From: Pseudomonadales bacterium
Lineage (GTDB): Bacteria; Pseudomonadota; Gammaproteobacteria; Pseudomonadales; IMCC2047
NCBI GenBank assembly: GCA_036960805.1
Contig: JBALXL010000005.1
Coordinates: 15,300 to 79,299, forward strand
Direction: 5' to 3'
DNA: 64,000 nt
Made by a program: the position numbers and the translations under genes. Each line of letters begins with the position of its first letter. Within the stretch, counting starts at the first letter, position 1. The notes under the pieces are model-generated. The model was not told where the DNA came from and made no database searches. It worked only from the letters and a program-made list of their open reading frames with translations. Below are positions 59,062 to 64,000 of the stretch, piece by piece.

Positions 59062-59091
59062 TTGCGCGTTGCGAAAAAGCATGCATATAAT
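59062..59091 (+). promoter_or_regulatory. Candidate sigma70 promoter for the cox operon
   Basis: TTGCGC (59062-59067), an 18-nt spacer, then a perfect TATAAT (59086-59091), about 100 nt upstream of coxB. This is a sequence match only. Confidence 0.35.
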
Positions 59092-59189
59092 GTCGCGGGG
59101 TCCTCTCGCTGTATCGGGGACGTTGATGTTGTTGGAGTTGAAGAAAGAGAATAAAACTAAAACCAAACAACAAGCAGGAGGCGTGGGGG

Positions 59190-60320
59190 ATGTTGTCTAA
59201 AGCGATACCCTGGATCAGACTCGTTATAGGGTCTTTTTTGTTCTTTACCGTAAGTGCTCGGGCTGAATGGGAAGTCAACATGACTCCCGGTGTAACTGAA
59301 GTCAGCCAACAGGTCTATGGTCTTCACATGATCATTTTCTGGATATGTGTTGCCATCGGCGTAGTCGTTTTCGGCATCATGTTCTGGTCCATTATCGCGC
59401 ATCGTAAATCACTCGGTGTTAAACCAGCTACTTTCCATGAGAGTACGTTGGTCGAAATTATCTGGACCGCTATTCCCTTTGTCATATTGATTGCTATGGC
59501 TATTCCCGCCACTAGCGCATTGATTGATGCCTATGACACCAGTGAATCGGACGTTGATATTAAAATCACCGGTTATCAGTGGAAATGGCATTACGATTAT
59601 CTGGAAGAGGATGTTAGCTTCTTCAGTAATCTGACTACTCCTGCCGACGAAATTTATAATCGGGCCACCAAGAATCCCAACTATCTGCTCGAAGTTGATG
59701 AGCCGATGGTGGTACCGATTAATAAAAAAATCCGCTTCTTGGTGACCGCTAATGACGTGATCCACGCGTGGTGGGTGCCGGAAATTGCGGTCAAAAAAGA
59801 CGCCATTCCTGGTTTCGTGAATGAGGCTTGGACGATCATTCCTACGCCGGGTATTTATCGCGGCCAATGTGCGGAATTGTGCGGTAAAGATCACGGCTTT
59901 ATGCCTATCGTCGTGGAGGCCAAAACACAGGCTGATTACGATATTTGGTTAGCTGATCGTAAAGAAGCTGCTGCTAAAGAGCGTGAATTACGTGACAAAG
60001 TGTGGACGCTTGAAGGTCTGATGGAGCGTGGCGAAAAAGTTTATGCCACTAACTGCGCCGCCTGTCACAACGCCGATGGTTCGGGTATTCCTCCTACCTT
60101 CCCAGCGCTTAAAGGCAGTGCAATTGCCACAGGGCCGATTGAAGATCACATTAAGATCGTACTTGACGGGAAACCAGGCACCTATATGGCTGCGTTTGGG
60201 CCACAGCTGAGTCCAGTTGAGTTGGCAGCGGTTATTACCTACGAACGAAACGCCTGGGGTAACAGCAAAGGCGACTTTATCCAACCCATCGACATTGCAA
60301 ATATGCAAGCGGCTGAATAG
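59190..60320 (+). CDS. coxB: Cytochrome c oxidase subunit II with C-terminal cytochrome c domain
   Basis: 376 aa with two TM helices, the CuA site (HAWWVP...CAELCGKDHGFM) and the C-terminal heme-c motif CAACH. Confidence 0.93.
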   Translation: MLSKAIPWIRLVIGSFLFFTVSARAEWEVNMTPGVTEVSQQVYGLHMIIFWICVAIGVVVFGIMFWSIIAHRKSLGVKPATFHESTLVEIIWTAIPFVILIAMAIPATSALIDAYDTSESDVDIKITGYQWKWHYDYLEEDVSFFSNLTTPADEIYNRATKNPNYLLEVDEPMVVPINKKIRFLVTANDVIHAWWVPEIAVKKDAIPGFVNEAWTIIPTPGIYRGQCAELCGKDHGFMPIVVEAKTQADYDIWLADRKEAAAKERELRDKVWTLEGLMERGEKVYATNCAACHNADGSGIPPTFPALKGSAIATGPIEDHIKIVLDGKPGTYMAAFGPQLSPVELAAVITYERNAWGNSKGDFIQPIDIANMQAAE

Positions 60321-60333
60321 GAGGGCATGACAG

Positions 60334-61911
60334 ATGAGCGCATTGGAATCACACGGTCACGATCATCACGGCCCTGCTAAGGGCTTGATGCGGTGGGTTT
60401 ACACCACTAACCACAAAGACATCGGTACCTTGTACCTATGGTTTAGTTTTATTATGTTCCTGATCGGCGGCTCCATGGCGATGGTTATTCGCGCCGAGCT
60501 GTTCGAACCTGGCTTGCAAATTGTAGAGCCTGAGTTCTTTAACCAAATGACCACCATGCACGGTTTGATCATGGTGTTTGGTGCGGTAATGCCAGCCTTT
60601 GTGGGCTTGGCTAACTGGTTAATACCGATGATGATCGGCGCGCCGGACATGGCGTTGCCACGCATGAACAACCTGAGCTTCTGGATTTTACCTTTTGCTT
60701 TTGCGTTGTTGCTATCCACGTTATTTATGGATGGTGGTGCACCGAACTTTGGGTGGACTTTCTACGCGCCATTATCGACTACCTACGCGCCGTCAACGGT
60801 GACTTACTTTATCTTTGGTGTACACATCATGGGTGCCTCGTCGATTATGGGTGCGATTAACATTATCGCCACCATTCTTAACCTGCGTACCCCACAGATG
60901 ACGCTGATGAAGATGCCGTTGTTCGTATGGACTTGGTTGATCACAGCGTATTTGCTGATTGCGGTAATGCCTGTGCTGGCCGGTGTGGTAACCATGATGT
61001 TGATGGATATCCACTTTGGTACCAGTTTCTTCAGCGCTGCTGGCGGTGGTGATCCGGTACTATTCCAGCACGTGTTCTGGTTCTTCGGACACCCTGAAGT
61101 GTACATTATGATTCTGCCGGCCTTTGGTATCGTCTCGCAGATCATTCCGACCTTTAGCCGTAAGAAGCTATTTGGTTACACCTCGATGGTGTATGCAACG
61201 TCCTCGATCGCCTTCCTGTCGTTTATTGTGTGGGCGCACCATATGTTCACGGTGGGCATACCGTTGGCTGGCGAGCTGTTCTTTATGTATGCCACCATGC
61301 TGATTGCGGTGCCGACGGGTGTGAAGGTGTTCAACTGGGTTGCCACTATGTTTAAGGGGGCCATGACCTTTGAAACACCGATGCTGTTCGCGGTGTCATT
61401 TGTGGTGCTCTTCACGATTGGCGGATTCTCCGGTCTGATGCTGGCGATTGCTCCAGTGGATTTCCAATACCATGATACCTACTTCGTGGTTGCGCATTTC
61501 CATTACGTGCTTGTGCCTGGTGCTATCTTTGGTATTTTTGCTGCCGTTTATTATTGGCTGCCCAAGTGGTGCGGCAATATGTACGACGAACGGCTCGGCA
61601 AATTGCATTTCTGGATTTCCTTTGTCGGCATGAACCTGACGTTCTTCCCAATGCACTTTGTTGGACTCGCAGGAATGCCTCGCCGGATTCCTGATTATGC
61701 GCTGCAGTTTGCGGACTTTAATCAGGTTGCTTCGATCGGTGCCTTTATCTTTGGTGCCACGCAGTGGTTATTCCTGTTTATCGTTATTAAAGCGATTCGT
61801 AACGGTAAAAAAGCAACGGCTGAAGTGTGGGATAACCCGGAAGGCTTGGAGTGGACGATTCCTTCGCCCGCGCCGTACCATACTTTCTCCACACCGCCTG
61901 AAGTTAAGTAG
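60334..61911 (+). CDS. ctaD: Cytochrome c oxidase subunit I (aa3 type)
   Basis: 525 aa with highly conserved subunit I sequence (TNHKDIGTLYL, WFFGHPEVYI, HHMF, HFHYV). Confidence 0.97.
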   Translation: MSALESHGHDHHGPAKGLMRWVYTTNHKDIGTLYLWFSFIMFLIGGSMAMVIRAELFEPGLQIVEPEFFNQMTTMHGLIMVFGAVMPAFVGLANWLIPMMIGAPDMALPRMNNLSFWILPFAFALLLSTLFMDGGAPNFGWTFYAPLSTTYAPSTVTYFIFGVHIMGASSIMGAINIIATILNLRTPQMTLMKMPLFVWTWLITAYLLIAVMPVLAGVVTMMLMDIHFGTSFFSAAGGGDPVLFQHVFWFFGHPEVYIMILPAFGIVSQIIPTFSRKKLFGYTSMVYATSSIAFLSFIVWAHHMFTVGIPLAGELFFMYATMLIAVPTGVKVFNWVATMFKGAMTFETPMLFAVSFVVLFTIGGFSGLMLAIAPVDFQYHDTYFVVAHFHYVLVPGAIFGIFAAVYYWLPKWCGNMYDERLGKLHFWISFVGMNLTFFPMHFVGLAGMPRRIPDYALQFADFNQVASIGAFIFGATQWLFLFIVIKAIRNGKKATAEVWDNPEGLEWTIPSPAPYHTFSTPPEVK

Positions 61912-61931
61912 CTTAGGGAACGCAAAGTAAA

Positions 61932-62477
61932 ATGGCAAAACAGGCGCCAGGCACCAATAAACCCATTAAGCCTTTCAAGTTATTGGGGGTGGTGTTTGGC
62001 ATGTTCTGTTTCGGCTTTGCGTTAGTTCCCTTGTATGACGTGATCTGTGATGTCACTGGTTTGAATGGCAAAACTGGAGGTCGTTACGAAGTTTCCGGCG
62101 CCCTTGAAGTTGATGAAAGTCGATGGATAACCGTGCAATTTACCACCAGTAATAATGCTGATATGCCGTGGGTTTTTTCGCCCTCCGAGGCGGCACTAAA
62201 AGTGCGTCCCGGTGAAATGAATGAAACATATTTCGTGGCTAAAAATCCCACTGACCAGCGCATGGTTGCTCAAGCTGTGCCCAGTGTTGCGCCTTTTTAT
62301 GCCGCAGAATACTTACATAAAACAGAATGTTTTTGTTTCAATCAACAGATACTAGAGGCAGGCGAATCGATTGAGATGCCTCTGCGATTTTTTGTTGATG
62401 GTGACATTCCTGAGCGCGTCTCAAAGTTAACCTTATCTTATACCCTGTTTAATTTGCCCGATGTGGCGGCAAATTAA
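61932..62477 (+). CDS. ctaG: Cytochrome c oxidase assembly protein CtaG/Cox11
   Basis: 181 aa with an N-terminal TM helix and the CFCF copper motif (HKTECFCFNQQ). Confidence 0.9.
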   Translation: MAKQAPGTNKPIKPFKLLGVVFGMFCFGFALVPLYDVICDVTGLNGKTGGRYEVSGALEVDESRWITVQFTTSNNADMPWVFSPSEAALKVRPGEMNETYFVAKNPTDQRMVAQAVPSVAPFYAAEYLHKTECFCFNQQILEAGESIEMPLRFFVDGDIPERVSKLTLSYTLFNLPDVAAN

Positions 62478-62504
62478 AGCTGAATGCCCAGATGGAGAAT
62501 AACT

Positions 62505-63395
62505 ATGTCAACTGAAGGTTATGAAAGCTATTACGTACCGGAAAAAAGCCGAATGCCCATTTGTATGGCTATTGGCTTATTTGTGACGGTATTTGGTGCT
62601 GGTACGATGATGAATGACTCAAAGGCAGGTGTGGAGTCATCGGCACATTTGATTTTATTTGCGGGTTTTTTGATTGTTGCCGCTACGATGTACGCCTGGT
62701 TCGCCAAGGTGATTCAGGAAAACCACAACGGTATGTACAGTGGTCAGCTTAATCGCTCTTTTGTGTGGGGCATGGGTTGGTTTATTTTCTCCGAAGTGAT
62801 GTTCTTTGCGGCCTTTTTTGGAGCGCTCTATTACGTTCGCAGCTTTGCAGTGCCTTGGTTGGGCGGAGAGGGCGATAAGGGCGTTAGCCACATGTTATGG
62901 CCTGAGTTTCAAGCGGCGTGGCCGTTAATGGCAACTCCTGACGGAAGCCAATTCCCAGGACCGAAAGCGGTTATTGATCCAATGCACTTGCCATTGGTGA
63001 ATACTATCCTGCTGTTAACCTCCAGTGTAACAGTGCATTTTGCGCATAGTGCTCTGAAAGCCGGTAATCGCCAGCGTCTGAAAATGTGGTTGGCCTTAAC
63101 GGTTATTCTAGGTGTGTTCTTCCTGGGTTTTCAAATTGAAGAATACGTTGAAGCCTATACCGAGTTAGGCCTGACGCTTAATTCTGGTATCTATGGTTCA
63201 ACCTTCTTTATGCTGACGGGCTTCCATGGGGCGCACGTGACCATTGGTGCCTTTATGTTGTCGATCATGCTATATCGAGCCTGCAAGGGGCACTTTACGC
63301 CTGACGACCATTTTGGTTTTGAAGCGGCCTCTTGGTATTGGCACTTTGTGGATGTGGTTTGGGTAGGGTTGTTCCTATTCGTCTACATTTTTTAA
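62505..63395 (+). CDS. coxC: Cytochrome c oxidase subunit III
   Basis: About 296 aa from the ATG at 62505, with GGAGA 7 nt upstream. Typical subunit III C-terminus (FTGFHGAHVTIG, WYWHFVDVVW). Confidence 0.93.
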   Translation: MSTEGYESYYVPEKSRMPICMAIGLFVTVFGAGTMMNDSKAGVESSAHLILFAGFLIVAATMYAWFAKVIQENHNGMYSGQLNRSFVWGMGWFIFSEVMFFAAFFGALYYVRSFAVPWLGGEGDKGVSHMLWPEFQAAWPLMATPDGSQFPGPKAVIDPMHLPLVNTILLLTSSVTVHFAHSALKAGNRQRLKMWLALTVILGVFFLGFQIEEYVEAYTELGLTLNSGIYGSTFFMLTGFHGAHVTIGAFMLSIMLYRACKGHFTPDDHFGFEAASWYWHFVDVVWVGLFLFVYIF

Positions 63396-63413
63396 GTAAG
63401 CGAACTATGCACC

Positions 63414-63629
63414 CTAGCCTTGATGCCAGGGTGCGCTCAAGGTCAAATCTCCGCTCCATAAGCCATAGCTAACACAAGCCAGTAATAATACCGCCAGCAC
63501 AACTCGAATCCCCAGCAGTGTACGGGTGCGATTCGTTGAGCCCTGATCCTTCATTAAGAAAATGACACTGGCGACCAGGCTGATGAGAATGGCAATAAAT
63601 AGAATGGCAATGATTGGCTTGAGCCACAT
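63414..63629 (-). CDS. DUF2909-like small two-TM protein
   Basis: 71 aa from the ATG at 63629 (MWLKPIIAILFIAILISL...). It sits in the usual position between coxC and SURF1 on the opposite strand. Confidence 0.6.
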   Translation of the reverse strand: MWLKPIIAILFIAILISLVASVIFLMKDQGSTNRTRTLLGIRVVLAVLLLACVSYGLWSGDLTLSAPWHQG

Positions 63630-63708
63630 AGAACTTTCCCCGAATAAAAGAAGCAACACAGTGCGCAGATTGGCCTATCCTAACCTGTGTTTTTAGAGGT
63701 GCCTAGAT

Positions 63709-64000
63709 ATTAGCTTTGTATTTCACTTTAACTGGAAGCTCACGGTTTTCTATTTATTACTCTTGCCGCTGTTAGTGGGTCTGGGTGTTTGGCAGCTGCA
63801 ACGTGCCGACTATAAGCAAGGGTTACAGGATCTCTATGAGCAGCGTTCTGCGGCAACGGCAGTAGGCTTGTCTGAGTTGTCGGCTGAGCAGGATATTGCG
63901 TATTTACAGATTCGTTTACAGGGCCGGTTTGATAACGAACATCATTTTTTGTTGGATAACCGTGTCTTAAATGGCCGTGTCGGTTATGAAGTGATATCAC
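63709..64000 (+). CDS. SURF1-family cytochrome oxidase biogenesis protein, partial (continues beyond the window); start codon non-canonical or unresolved
   Basis: My own translation of the frame in phase with 63709 gives ..SFVFHFNWKLTVFYLLLLPLLVGLGVWQLQRADYKQ...FLLDNRVLNGRVGYEVIS, a SURF1 N-terminal signature. The frame opens after TAG 63694-63696, and there is no in-frame ATG/GTG/TTG before the conserved segment. Confidence 0.75.
   Translation, partial: MSFVFHFNWKLTVFYLLLLPLLVGLGVWQLQRADYKQGLQDLYEQRSAATAVGLSELSAEQDIAYLQIRLQGRFDNEHHFLLDNRVLNGRVGYEVIS

Noticed and set aside
63740-64000. 86-aa minus-strand ORF at the window end
   Set aside because: It is antisense to the SURF1 reading frame, which carries the family's N-terminal signature.

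Overview
This is a chromosomal segment from an aerobic, probably marine gammaproteobacterium; the lineage guess rests only on gene order and protein motifs. I found no rRNA, tRNA, CRISPR array, transposase, integrase or recognisable defence genes. The window has four blocks.

(1) 1-25.3 kb is conserved housekeeping synteny:
- glyS-glyQ, an LpxL-like acyltransferase, and trkH-trkA-rsmB-fmt-def
- LysM-dprA-tsaC-hemF-aroE-yjbQ, a gamma-CA-like protein, prlC and ppiC
- a TonB-dependent receptor plus PepSY pair, then hldD, yheV and thrH

(2) 25.4-31.0 kb is a more AT-rich, accessory-looking stretch. It holds a long-form CbiX-type chelatase with an extreme His-rich tail, and a small membrane protein plus SPFH/band-7 operon. 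It also holds a hexose-6-P mutarotase, a PEP-CTERM secreted protein and an orphan ORF.

(3) 31.0-56.6 kb starts with a clear cobalamin riboswitch followed by 25 co-directional genes. Most are translationally coupled, and together they cover cobalt uptake (cbtBA), chelation (ChlD-like, cobW, cobN), corrin ring synthesis, adenosylation, amidation, nucleotide-loop assembly and bluB.

(4) 56.6-64 kb carries TraB/GumN, a MATE exporter and an aa3-type oxidase cluster (coxB-ctaD-ctaG-coxC-DUF2909-SURF1).

I do not see a clear-cut new multi-gene system. The best leads are all inside or next to the B12 locus:
- a mosaic pathway with a complete 'early-insertion' gene set plus a CobN-type late chelatase, and no CobG/CobZ/CobF
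- a single ChlD-architecture partner with an apparently intact AAA+ module and no separate ChlI/CobS
- a DHFR/RibD_C-family gene translationally coupled between cobK and cobH
- a VOC-family cassette that interrupts the nucleotide-loop genes
- an untracked 59-codon membrane ORF and a structured spacer around cobW/cobN

All functional calls come from reading the translated ORFs by eye. No searches were run.
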